Below, in pieces: positions 12,875 through 26,465 of a DNA stretch of 64,000 nucleotides. This DNA is from Pelomyxa schiedti (taxonomy: Eukaryota; Protista; Evosea). Location of the stretch: assembly GCA_020536535.1 (NCBI GenBank), contig JAHLWZ010000806.1, positions 69,981 through 133,980 on the forward strand, given 5' to 3'. Made by a program: the position numbers and the translations under genes. Positions within the stretch are counted from its first letter, which is position 1, and each line of letters starts with the position of its first letter. Under the pieces are notes generated by a model. That model saw nothing but the letters and a program-made list of their open reading frames with translations, ran no database searches and was not told the DNA's origin.

Positions 12875-15800
12875 TCATGAGTAAATAAGCCTGCCCTTGG
12901 TTGGTCCCTTCTCATAGTGTAATTTTGCCAAACTGGTAATGCCCAATCCAGCAACAAGGTATAGTGCACTTCCAAATCCAAAGGCCACCCAGCAGCCGAC
13001 TTTGTAGTGCGGAACCACATCGAAGCAAGTGTTATCCCCATTCAGCAAATCACCAAAGTACAATTCAAGGAGAGAGTTAAAGGAAGAACAGGGATCGGCA
13101 ACAATGGCTTGCACTTGCGGTTTTAGCTCCCATAGTGAGGCAAGGAGAGTAAACAAGAAAACCTGAGGGATTGTAAGACCACAGTGGAATGTGAGGAGGT
13201 GAGGCTGTTACCACTGTAGCGGATGAATAGAAGGTAATCTCAGTGATAAAAGTGAAAATATCAAGTGCAACATACTTCAGGGGGACAACCCACAGAATGC
13301 CCATGAGAACTGCTGCTATAAATGGGAGGCAAACAACAAATATCCATAAGGCCCATTGAAGTAGTCTTACAGAGAATTTGTAGTCCTCAGCGCCTGACAT
13401 CCCGGAATACAGTGAGTCCACAAAACCAGCAACCGAAAAATGAGCTGTAAGGTTTGCTTCACTTACACCTGATTTTGTACTCAGCCACGCGGCAGCTCCT
13501 GTCACTTCAAGAGAAAAGAGCTCTGAAAATAGGCCATAGGCTAGAAGTAATGTGCCAACTACAAGGGAAAACGACATGCCAGCGGAAAGTGCTACACGGA
13601 GCCTGCTTGATAGTGATATTTGTTGGCACATAAGCACAGGTGGCATCACTTTGCCGTTCACACCGAGACTATTGCTCGGCTTTCTCTTTGCAAGAACATG
13701 CTGGTGGCCTTGAAGCGCAAAAAGAGTGAGGATTATTGTTGCTACGCAGCCAAGAATATATGTTGGATGGCCATACAACGGAGCCATGCTGATATCAAAG
13801 GCAACAGGCGAGGTTATGGTAAAAGTAGAAGGGTCATACACAGGCGTTGTAAAGTGGTATCGCATTACAACAAACATTAAAGCTTCGATATATGTGTCCA
13901 TGAAACACCAAGTGGAAGAAAATGCTGAATAGAATGGTTAAAAATTTCCGAACAACAGGGAAACTGGCATACCAAGGAAGTATAGGAGGTACCCCCGGCG
14001 ATTTTCCGATAGTATTTTTGTAGGAAGCATCCACGCAGCAATATCTAACAAAAGTACAAGGTAGTTCCAAAAATGAGAGCATAAAATGATGAGCATGGAC
14101 ACAGCCCAGCCACCATCAATCCACATACTCTGAGGGATATGAGTGGAGATGTCGCATGAGTTGGGAAAAGGGCACATTTTCGTCATTATACATTGGTGGA
14201 AAATGGACCCAGCGCCCAGTTCCTGTGATCACAGAAATGTGAACTGCGGCATCATGGGCAACAGTGAATATCAAATAAAATGTGACGTTGAGGCAAATCA
14301 AAAGGGGAAATACAACTCTCCACCAGAGTGGAATATGAGTACAGAAAAACAAACAAGGTTGCCTGTTCTCACCGTAGTCTGGCAGGTTGGGAGATGAAGG
14401 ATGTTTGGCTGCTGATAGTGATGAAGTTTGCGATTGACTTGAATGCTCTGACTGAATATGCAGATGCTCCGACTTGCGTTTGTTTACACAGTAGACTGTA
14501 ATAACTCCAATACCAAAGATTGCGTATAGAATCAGTGAAACGGCTGTGCACCATGCTATTTCAGGGATATCTACCACTTCACACTCGGGTGTTTCATCAG
14601 GAATGTACTCACATGAAGAATTTAGGCCGAGTGCTGAAAGTATGTTGTTTGCCGCCTCCACAAGGGGCAAGGCGGATATACCGTGAATAAGGGAAGGCAA
14701 ACTGTAACTAATTGCAGATGAAAACGCTGAAGCAATACAATTTGCAGCCTTCTGTAAATCTTCTTCCAGGGCTCCGTGAGATCCTGCACCAACACCAGCA
14801 CGCAGTGAGGATAGAGTGACATTGATGGAAGATAATGCCGTGCTTGCCCATTCAACCAAGGATATGATACAACCAGTATTCAGGCATTGAGCATTTGTAA
14901 AATTATACGCGGTAGTTGTGTGCATATCTAATTGCAGAATGGATATAATTTGGGTGCCACTAGCTTCAAATCCAGCAACCCACTCCAGATACAACCACAG
15001 GGGGTCATATATCACCCCTAGCCCCTGAGCAGGGGTAGTGAAATTAGTGCTTATAGTGATGTTAGCACTAAGTAAGGAAGACCCGATTGAAGATAAAAGT
15101 GAATACACGTCACTTGGAAGAAAGACATCAAGCTGGCTCCAGTTGTCAAGTCCAGAGATTGTCACCGATTCCAGCCCAACTGATATTGTACCAAGGTTTG
15201 GTATTTCTAACATGGCAATTTCGGTGGTGTTTGTAAGGTCGATGTTGATAACTCCTTTTGACAACATGAGTGGTTTTCAAAGTCAGACTTACACACCTGA
15301 CCCTCCTGTAACAGCAGAGAAACCATTATTAAGCCCAACTGGACCAATGAAGTCAGTTCCAAAGTAGGCCACAGCATTTACAAGAGCTACAGTTGAGACA
15401 TCATCCGAACCAGCCAGCACAGGTGGAACTGAGATAATGGGATCAACGACGTTGGCGTACTGTGAAATAAGAGCATCAGCAGCCAACAACACTTGGGTTA
15501 TGTTGTCATTCACAAGTTGGGTTATGACGGAGCATAATACAGAGTCCAGTGCACTTGCTATGGCAACAGTAGTTTCATTTTCCATGCCATTAAGATCATC
15601 AACAAGAGTGGAGTTTCCATAGAAAATCAAATGAGGGACCATGAAATTTGCACCACAAGCTGTTGTGTTGGCACTCACTGGAAGATAGACATTGTCATAA
15701 TAAGACATCAGCAAAGATATTTCGAAATTGAAGGACGAATTGGAGACTTCAAGGAGCAATGTCCCATTAGCAGTAGAATGCAGTATCCTGCTGTGAGCCG

Positions 15801-16230
15801 AAAAAGCTGAGGTGCAGTTTGTTCCAAAGCCAGACACAGATATGGACGCCGAGAACGAATCCGTCCCCACAGAACTCTACAATCACATTTAAAACAAAGG
15901 AATAACAAAAAAAAAAAAAAAAAAACCACAAAAAAAAAAAAAAAAAAAGAAAACCCCCAACCCCCGAGAGCAAAAATGTACCTCGGACAAAACGGGGTCG
16001 GGCAGCACCACGCCCGCGCACATCAAGTCAGACAGAGTTATGGTTACGCCGCCGGTCACAGAGAACGACGCGTACTGCCCAGGCATCATCCCAATCTCCA
16101 CCTTGCCAAGCCACTCCCGCGCTGTAACCACGCCCAGGGCACCCCACCCGTGTTCCCCATTGTGGGACGGCATACCACCAACTGCCCCTACCACCACCGC
16201 CGCCAGCAACAACAACACAATGGGCCTCAT
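12875..16230 (-). CDS. Large signal-peptide-bearing membrane protein: long beta-rich (BPI/TULIP-like?) ectodomain plus PqiA-like multi-TM C-terminal region
   Basis: Signal peptide MRPIVLLLLAAVVVGAVGG; long S/T/N-rich luminal exons; TM blocks with STWCFMDTYI, WIFVVCLPFI..LWVVPL, CFDV, resembling eukaryotic paraquat-inducible-A-like proteins. Confidence 0.5.
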
Positions 16231-16366
16231 CTCCCACCCCTCAGTATTGTAACAACAAACCTGCAAGTGCAAATGTCCTTTTGTGTTCGTCTGCCCGTTT
16301 GTGTGGGGGTAGATGGAAAATGATTTCGGTTAGGTGAACTTCTGCGTTTGACAGCTCAGTACAGTA

Positions 16367-16396
16367 GCACCGTGCCCCCGGTTGCACCGTGCCCCC
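16367..16396. repeat. 13-bp direct repeat GCACCGTGCCCCC x2 (17-bp period) in divergent promoter
   Basis: Copies at 16367-16379 and 16384-16396, between head-to-head ATGs at 16230 (-) and 16518 (+). Confidence 0.7.
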
Positions 16397-16517
16397 AAAG
16401 GAACAATTGCTTTGATTGATCTATAGCTCCCAACAGTGAATGAGAGCCAGACTGAGAACCTCTGAGATCCCGGTACAGTCGGGGTAACCCACAAAGGAAG
16501 GGGAGAAAAAAAAAAAG

Positions 16518-17607
16518 ATGCATCACACGGCGATTGTTCTTCTAGTTGCGGTCGCGGTTAGTGTCACGTGCGCTAAGAATGCCGTGATGCCGTGGATGTG
16601 TCTCGAACGTGAGTGACTCATTCTCTCTTTTTTTTTTTCCCCTTCTTTACCCGTCACTTTGGAGTTTCTGGCGTACGTACTGGTTTTTCTCGGTTAATAA
16701 GTGCGTAGGTTGTGGAGAAGATATAACCAGTGATATGGAGCAGATTTTTCAGTATAGAGACACATTGTCTGCCGTTTCTTTTGAGGATTGGTGAGTGCAC
16801 CTTTTTTTTTCCCTTTACCTTGTGGCTTTTGGGTTTATTCATTAAAGGGACTTGGGATATGGAGGAACACTGGTCAATAATGGGTTCACTTCTGTTAATT
16901 CAAAAATTCAAGCTATGGTAAGATTTTCGCAATGTTGTCCACAACCATTAAATTCCCTCAGGGCTTGCAAGCTTTCCCAATGATAACTACGGCAAATCTC
17001 GAAAAACTCCGTGAGTTGTTCGTTGATACCAGTTCATTTATCAGTGATGCTGTGAAGTATGCTGTTGACTATGGGTACACTGGATATAATTTGGACTTTG
17101 AGCCAGAAGATACAGGTAGTTTTCCGCACTTCCCTTTTTTGTAACATTCCTAACTTACACTAGCGACAAATGACGATGCTATATCATATGCCAAATTCTT
17201 AACTGATTTCTCAAATGCTCTCCACGCCCAAGGGGTGCAAGTACAAGTGGACATTGCATCCTGGAATTTATTCTGGAATTTCACCCTTATCAACGAGGTA
17301 CCAAACTCTCTCACTCCCCCTGTAACACCAATGTCTACAGACACCAGTTGATAAAATAATCACCATGGACACATATGCATCCAGCTACAATACCTTTGCC
17401 ACACGCCTTCAGCAACAAGTTGCACTGTTTGGTGCACAGCGCCTGGGTGTTGGATTTGACAATGAGTACACTATGTCAGATACAGAATTCTCACAACGTG
17501 TGGCCCTTGTGGAAAGCTATAAGTGCACCGAAATTGATATATGGCAAGCTCCTGTTGGTGATTCTTGGTGGGCAGGGTTGCAAGAATTTGTTGACCATGT
17601 GTACTGA
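16518..17607 (+). CDS. Secreted GH18-like (chitinase-like TIM barrel) glycoside hydrolase
   Basis: Signal peptide MHHTAIVLLVAVAVSVTCA; FISDAVKYAVDYGYTGYNLDFEP (GH18 DxE motif); ITMDTY; RLGVG; EIDIW. Confidence 0.75.
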
Positions 17608-17880
17608 AATTGGAACAGCCTTCCATTAATTATTAACTCATAAAAGAACAAACAAATCCACAATTATTATTATAACTGTACAAGTTAGTTAACTGCCCAA
17701 TGTCTGTGTTTGTTTGGACGGTCTGCACGGTATTGGAGAAGTTGACCCAGAGATTCCAGAAACCGCCAAAGCAAAGTAAAATTGCTTTATTTACATTCTC
17801 CCCCATAGTTTGAGCCAAGCCAATAAATTACAGAGAACGTGAGTGAATTAGCCCTTGCCCATTGTGTCAATTCCATTCAG

Positions 17881-18582
<702 letters not shown>

Positions 18583-18649
18583 TTATTTGCTTTTTTAACT
18601 TTAGTCTGTTTCTTTTCGCCATGTTAAAGACGCTGCCGTAAAAACGTAG

Positions 18650-18663
18650 TGCCAACGTTGGCA
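18650..18663. promoter_or_regulatory. Perfect 14-bp palindrome TGCCAACGTTGGCA in ARF1 / glycoside hydrolase divergent promoter
   Basis: Seen directly; a half-site TGCCAACG recurs near 18734. Function is inferred only. Confidence 0.4.
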
Positions 18664-18891
18664 TTTTTTCCCGTTATCATCAATCACCTTCCTCAGGAGA
18701 ATTCTCAACGAGAAAGGGAGTTCCCCCCCTGATTGCCAACGCTCACACTATGATTCCTACTGCAGTTCTTCTCTTTGAGAGCTCCCCGACTGAGGGACTG
18801 TGTTTTTGAAGATCGATCCGGAGGGATTCTTCGAATCACAGATCTCGAGATCAACAACCGCCATCCGTTTCTGTTCTGGAACACGCAGACG

Positions 18892-21800
18892 ATGAGCACG
18901 GGGTCGTTTTGTTTTCTTGGGATCACCCATAATGTGGTGGGCGTGGTGATTGGATTGTTGTGGCTTATTGCACGGCCCGTGCCGGTATCTGCAGCGAATC
19001 TGTTCGACAATGGTGGATTTGAGAATGGGGTACAATCGTGGTCCGTGTGGTCCAACGATCTCCCGCACTTCTTTGTTTCAAATGAGACTGCTTCCCCGCG
19101 CAGTGGTTCGATATCTGCCAAGTTGGAATTCAATGGAACATCGGATTCTGCTTGGGAGTAAGTCTCAGTTTTTAAAAAACTTGTCAGTTGCATGCGTTAA
19201 GGTGTTGGTTGTGGGGTTTTTTTTTTGAAAAGCTTGCAAGGATAAGAACTAAACCTGGTTCTTCATAGAATTGCACCCAGTGTGGAGTTGCCTGTAACTC
19301 CTGGAGAAAAATATTTTGTACAAGGGTGGTTCAAGGGCCACTCTGCCAATGCGTTCATTGGCTTTTCGTTTACAATTAAGTACTCAAATGGAACTTACAA
19401 CTGGGGGTACAAGAACTTCTTTCCCAAGTAATTCTTTCTGCATTAATTGTATCTTTTTGCTAGATATACAAGGTATGATGCCCGGTCTTGGGCTGAAAAT
19501 TGGACAATGGCCCAAACTTGGTTTATTGTCCCTGCCGATGTCACAGCGCTAAACGTTCTTGTAGCTGGTGCACTTTTACGTTAAACCAAGAGTTACTTAC
19601 TCGATCACCAGGTGCCGGGCTTGGAATTTTTTGGGTTGATGACCTGTATCTTGCCTATAATGGCACTGTTCCTGTCAGTATCTCACTGAGCTCGACGGAG
19701 TTATCTCTGGTATTATCTGTACCTGAGGCTATTTTCCGAGTTAAAGACAATCGAAATGGCATTCAATACATACAACCAGTGGATACTTTATTCAGCTTTC
19801 CCCGGTGTATAGGTGTATTTAGTTACACATCCACAGAGGCACATATCTTGGTTCAGGTCTCAGAATTGACTTGTTGAAGTTTTACTCCAACAATTCTTTA
19901 GACTTTTGATATCTTTGAGCCATTCAACCTCAGCATTGTGCTATTTCAGGATCAGTTGATTCTCAATATTTCTGGAAATCCCACAGACATTTTTAATGAT
20001 GACTCGGCGGAGTACCCACCGACCTTTTCCCTAACATCTGACCAAAATCTGGTATTGGCTTATGGTGAGGTAGTCCATCTATCCCTAAGCGAAGAACTCA
20101 ACTCGTATTTGTCTCTGACAATATTTACAGGGTCTCACTTTCCATGCTGATGACCCAGATGCAACCCTGATATGGGACTCTTTGTCCCACCCAAAGTGCG
20201 CTTCAATGCCCTGGTGGTGCGTCCCAATAGAGGGAATTTGGAAATCACCAACATACCAAAAGGGCTGTTGTTGATAGCACTTCTCGAGGTCCTGGATACT
20301 TAGCAATTGTTGATACGCCAAACGATGCTGTTCTCTGGCCTATTACTGACACAAGTGGTCTGTCCTTTGTGGTCGTGAGTTGGGTTCCACAACTTGGAAT
20401 GTGGGGATACTCAAGGAAAATGAGATATATCTTCTTAGAAACTGGGGGATATGTTGAAGCGTGTAAGAGGTATTACCATCTGTGTCAAATGAGATACTCC
20501 CTTTCTCATCAGATATGCGGAACTGAGACCTGAGCTATTGGTTAATACACTCAAATCAAAGATCACCTCAAATGCTAATACCGAGCTCACAATTGGAACT
20601 CCTGAAGTGTGGCTTGAGTGCGACAATGCTACTGCTACCGCCATCGAAATACAGAGTGCTGGTATGACTACTTTTAAATGGAGCTGGGGAACGTGGTTAG
20701 ATTCGGAAACTGTCAACCAACTTGCTGGCCTCCATGGAGTTCTTCCATCGAAGTATGGAGGACAAAACTCAATAGCCCTCTAATCAGCGAAAAAAAAAAA
20801 AGATTTGATATGTACCATCAAGTGATGGATCCTGCTACCTGGGGGGTATTTTAAAATGCAAGTGAGAAAAGGCAAACCTTTTCTATTAGGTTTTGGAATG
20901 GACGAACCCATGCTGGATTGCTGAGGCTTACCCATATGACATAATTCTTGATAAAAATCAGAACCCAGTTCACCTCTGGAGTGTACCGGCAGCAAACGGA
21001 ACACTCTATAACACCAGCCTTCTATGTGATTTGTATTCTCTAAATTTCTCGAAAGACAGGATAGCCCATGAACTCCCCCTGTACCCCTTCAAGTAGTCAA
21101 GTTCTGTTCGATGAAATATTGACATCAAAATAGAGGTAGATTGGATGGTGACCTAGCAGCAGAGTGGTTTGAGTGCTATAATGTGAGCCACACAACAACA
21201 CGTACCCAGAGCAAGAAGGAAAGATTAGCAGTTCTCGAGAACATGAAAAATTCTGGTTATGTGGTACGCTGTCCATTAGTATTGTGCTCTTCCTTAGAGT
21301 TTGACAGACAGGATCTGAGGGAATGTTTGAAGATGCTGTGAGTCCAAAGAGGATCTATTTTTTTATTTAAATAAAAGAAAGGTGCCAGATGCTTCCTATT
21401 TCTTTGGTATGTCAATGGCCTTTCTTCTGGAAGACTACGATACCTTCATGGTTTGGCAGCCTCTATCCTCGCAATTCTCACTGTACAACAAGATTTTTCA
21501 AGATCCGCCTACAATTGTTGAGAAGTTCACCGTGGGTTTTGAGTACAGACTTCCTTTGTGGGAACTCGTATACCATAACACAGCAGCAAATCACTGGCAC
21601 TTTAATGATGCCAATAACAGATTTCTCTCGATTTGGCGGAAAAGAGATCTATTTAGTATAACCATTATCAACTATTTCAACATTAATCGGAATTCACATA
21701 GATATCCTGTATGGCACAGCACCCACATATTCAATGAACGAAACTTTCTGGAAAGCGAACACTGAAAAGTTCTTAAGTAGTTATAATTCAATTGTAGATG

Positions 21801-23051
21801 TTACCAAGCTGGTAATTGTCGCTCTTCTCTTTTTATCTCATTATTGCGAATAGGTTGCCCATGCCCAAATGGTGGACCACTTGTACCTTAAAGTGGGTCG
21901 CGATGTGCAACAGACATTGTGGGAAGATGGAAATGTTACAATTTCTATCATAGTTAATTTCAATGAGACAGCAGTATATGGATTAGGTGGTTCGCCGGGA
22001 GTAATCATGCCTCCTCTATCTTCAGTTGTAACCTGTGACTATCCTCCTGTTTGCATAGGTAGTTGCATTCCTACTTTTTTCCTTATTAATCAGACCACAG
22101 TGGGGGTGATACAAGGTTCCGCGTGTGAGGAGTCACTTGCTCTAGGGTATTGTTTAATTGATAATGTGTGTTACGTAGAGGGACAGCTGAACCCCGTTTC
22201 TCAATGCAAGGTACATAATGCCCCTTTGTCATCCACTTTCCAAACATCTAAATACCTCTGAGGCGTGTGTCACTGCATCATCCACACAAGTATGGACTCC
22301 TATCTCATGTTCGGACCCAGTGCTGATATCTTCCATTCTCCTCTCAAACCCAGGTTAAATTAAACCCCCTACTTATAATAAATAAACAACCAACAGCCAT
22401 AACTTAAGTGCGGGTTTCGTTTACCTTCGCCCCTCATCAATAATACGCCTTCCCTCAAAGTTGGAAATATGAATGGCACCAAAAAACCAATAACACACAG
22501 ACTGGGATGTGCTACCGACAGATTTTGAGGCTATGTTCATATCGGATTTGGCCACAGCGATGGCTATACCACCTCATACAATCAATGTGACCAACATCAC
22601 TACATCACACCCGGCTGTTCGTGAACTCTTGATTCAGACAGAGTTCTCAATCGAAGTGTGTACTTCATTGAGTTTTACAGCACTTGGAAGCACACTCACA
22701 TAGACAAATTTCTTTGTAAGAATAACACCGCATGCACAGATTTTTGAAGCTGGGTTTGAGACTGAGGACGACTGTATTATTACACTGACAACGGTAGTGA
22801 TGGATGAGGACTCTCAGTTGTACCAAGGGAATGTGACATGCTATACGGAGTCGGATTCTCTGGTTATAATCGGCGTCTATCAGGAGAGTGAAAGCATGAC
22901 AATAATATCCATTGTTACGAGTTTGAGCAGCAGCGAAGTTGCACAGGATAGCGTGTCTGATGTTAGTTGTGCTTCTTTGGTGGAAAGCTTCTTCATTCTC
23001 GTTTTCCTACCATGTTTTGTCATGTACTTTTCTAAATCGTCTGCTTTATAA
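18892..23051 (+). CDS. Secreted/surface-anchored bacterial-type glycoside hydrolase (GH101/GH129-like) with N-terminal CBM-like domain and C-terminal Cys-rich region plus hydrophobic anchor; many introns
   Basis: Signal peptide then NLFDNGGFENG (CBM4/9-like) ... FWVDDLYL; FDMYHQVMDP; WFECY..H..TRTQSK; TGSEG; YRLPLWELVYH..HWHFNDANNRF..IWRKRDLFNILYGTAP; MVDHLYL..RDVQQT; hydrophobic C-terminus. Confidence 0.7.
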
Positions 23052-23086
23052 CAGAACTTTATTATGAAAATCTATCCAAGAAAACA

Positions 23087-25111
23087 TTATCTCTCGGCTC
23101 GTGACGGTAGTGGATATCTTTCTTCAAGCAACTCCTATTTTTCTATCAGAGTTAAAAATGCAAACATGTTACACACTGTGAGTCTCTCGGTTTGAACTAG
23201 CGATGCCGGAGTGTTATCCAAGCCATCGTTAATACAAATACAATACGGACTTTCTTTCCAAGTGTCAGCCCACCACTTTGAGTTCTGTTTTCATGTTAAT
23301 TGGTTGACTTGTCTCAACGTTCATACCTCTTCAGCATCTGGTTTCCACGTTCCATACGTGTTTCTAGCTTTTCCGGTTATGGCAACATTTTCTGCCAACG
23401 CAACATTAGCTGCAAGGAATGGCAGAGCGGTGTCTGTTCTTGCACGGAATTTCGTTTTGGAGGTGCGATCAAAGTCCTCTGACCAGCGGTGGTACATTAC
23501 ATCAAGTACCTTCGAAAAATTAGTTACAAGTCCACTGGATAGCTAGTACATCTTGGCGCATGAAATAGCAGAAGTGTGAAACATAGTTGTGTTCTTTATC
23601 CTCTTCTTCTGGATTGTACCATCTTGACACATCAGAAAAGTCACAATTATATAACACTTACTTGTTTAAGAGAGAGTTTGAGAACCCCACACTTGCGTGC
23701 CATAGGTTCTTTTGCATTTTTTCAGCGTTAGGGGCCATGGTTTTTGACATGAACAAATTGAGTTTCCCTGTGTCCGGATTAAAGTAACTGGTCAAGTTTG
23801 TGAGTAGCCTGTTAATTGAAATTGGTTTTTACAAGTCTTGAGGAATGGGTCTGCCCAAAAACATATCGTCATTTAAGTATAACAAGCACGGTGCCAAACC
23901 AGGAATATTGTGCAAATTAGCCTCTATGGCATTGCTGTAGTTTACTGTTAAAAATGTTTGAATGGCAATTCTTTCTACCTACTAAAAGTGGGCAAGTCAT
24001 CCTTATTCTTAAAAATCTGTTCAAGTTTAACGCAGTGAGGGAAAATGTGGTGTCTTTCAAGAACCTGCCTGATCGTGTGTCACAAGTCTAAATCCTATTT
24101 GGCAAGTGAATTGCAGAACGACTGCATGATGGAGCTTACCAGGAGCGTTTGGGTCAGCCCATGTGGGAATTTGCCCATTGGTTACTAGTATTATGTCACG
24201 CACCCATGGCATAAACTTGTCAATTGATCTGAGGCAGTGGAGGAAAAAATCTCCCTGTGCAGAAAGGAACTAACCTCATAGAATATTTGAGAACACCGTA
24301 TTCTCTGTAGCCACCATCCCAGTTTGAGCCATATTGTTTCCTGAGTTTCGTATGCTCTGGATCACTGGCATACTGAATGAGTAAGATATCAATACTGACT
24401 GACACTGAACCTTCCATTCACCCAAGTATAAACTACATCAACAACGTCACACTTGATGGATGGATCAATGGCAGTATAATCCGGCTGGTTGAGAGTATTT
24501 GGTGTTGTTTCCTCCACATCATTCTCAGGAGTATCTTCAGCAGGGGAACTTGGGGTTGTTTCGTGCTCAGTGCCTTCAGTATTCTTTGGGGGAGTAACTT
24601 CAGGTGCTTGTAGGCGTTCCCTTCGTGTGTTAAGGTTTGTTGGGCCATCAACAGGCAAAGCAGAAGCTTTGGCAGTTGCGAAAGTTTCCTGGGGCTTCTG
24701 CACCTCTTCTGCCTTTGGTCTGGGTTTTGGTGGGTCGGTGTGAGGAGGCTTCTGCTGAGCAGGATCGGGTGGAGGATATGCGGTAGGTTCAAACCTTGAT
24801 ATAGGCTTAATACGAAGAGGAGGACGAGGGGTCTCCACAGGTGTTTTCACCGTATCCGTATCCGTTGTTCTTAAACCAAGAGTTAAAATGACCCAAACAG
24901 GGAAAATTAGTTTTAAAAAAAGGATAGAAAGATAGGTGCATTTCCAAGGCATCACGTACGTGGTAGAGGGGCTGGAAGATTGAAGATAAATGAAAGCAAC
25001 TGTGTAGAGCAACATGACGACGCCCAAAACCACAGTAGCAACTGTGCATCTTGAATAACCCCTCCCCCTTTGTTGAACGATAGAACCGCCGCGTATGACT
25101 CGCCGCACCAT
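23087..25111 (-). CDS. Stealth-family hexose-1-phosphate transferase (GNPTAB-like), type II membrane protein
   Basis: CR1 DVVYTWVNGSDP; CR2 [29 protein letters not shown], HDQIF....LPTFSSNAIEANLHNIPGL...LYLNDDMFLGRP; C-terminal RYPLPSRAE; N-terminal TM helix. Confidence 0.9.
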
Positions 25112-25359
25112 TAGGCAATCAGATAAATCAAACTAAAGAGAATGTTTGGAACGAGAAATGAAGCACAGACCCAGCACTTACTATTCGAAGGGAGTTGGCA
25201 GATATGTACTGGGTACGTTGGGAGAGAGCTGGCAATTCTCTGGGGGATTGAGTGGGTTGAGATTACCTGAAAGGAGATTTTTCGTCTTCACAAAACAACT
25301 AAAAAATTCAACAGCGCAGGGCACTGTTGTCGTGTATTTTGTTGTTAATTGGCGGTTAA

Positions 25360-26286
25360 ATGTTCCGCAACACATTTCAGTCTGGATTTCTCTCTATTTT
25401 GTACAGTGTCGGGTATTGACACCTTTTGAAACGCTCAGTTGGTTTTTTTTTTAATTTTTCTGTTTATTACCTCCACTGAGCTTGTTAGCTTACGCACACT
25501 CCAGGAGTAAACCATTGGAATTGTGGGATAAGAAAGTTGTGAATGGACACATCAAGAGGATAACGGACAACGAGATTCATTCCAGTGTGATTGAGATGGT
25601 GGCTGCCAATGTGAGCACTTGTTATATAGTTTGCCCGGCTGATCCAAACAAAACACTTGGCGTGAAGCTCGGCTTCCTCCACTTCACCATCAAAAATGTA
25701 ACTTCCTTTTTCGGTTTTTTTTTTCCCCTCTCCTTGCTGTTTTGTTGTTTCCTGTTGAATTTTTTTTCTTTGGTTTCAGATCAGTGTTCTAATCAAGTGA
25801 TACCTTTTTCAGTTGAAACACTACTTCACATTTGAAATTACTCTTCTTGATGATAAAAATATGAAGCGGCGCTTTCGTGCCTCCAATTATCAGGTAAAAA
25901 CAATGATGGTTCTCTGGCCTTTTTTTTTAACCACTGAAAAAAACCCAGACCAAAGCCAAGAAAAACGAATTCATATGTACTCTACCCATGGTCTTAACTG
26001 ATGGATGGAACCAAATACACTTCAATTTAGCGGAGTACACACACAGGTTTCACCTTTTTTCCAACAGCACTTTCCCACAAAAAGCCAAAGGGTGTTTGGA
26101 ACAAACTATGTCGAGACTTTGCGTGTTCAAGTTCATGCCAATTGTAGAATCCGACGTATCTACTTCAGTGACTCCCCCCACAAAGAGGAAGACCTACCTC
26201 CAGAATTCAAGATAATTATGCCTACCCCTCAGGTGTGTTCAAAGTCTACAATTACCCATTGCCCTAAGCCACACCAGAAATCCTGA
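25360..26286 (+). CDS. CFAP20: Cilia- and flagella-associated protein 20 (BUG22)
   Basis: [82 protein letters not shown]. Confidence 0.95.
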
Positions 26287-26465
26287 TTTTTGTGAATATG
26301 TCTATCTGTTTATTATGACAGTAACAAACAACACAATTACACTTCTACAAGCCTTTCTCGGTGTTTCGGCATCAATTTTACGAATCGTTTTCTTCCGATT
26401 GATGCCGGAAAAGATACGTATCTTCAAAAGCGAAGGAATAAAATAAAACAAAAGTGAAAAAATTG

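Noticed and set aside
16410-16470. Possible C/D snoRNA (TGATTGA ... CTGA)
   Set aside because: Box C is imperfect, with no terminal stem and no recognisable rRNA guide.
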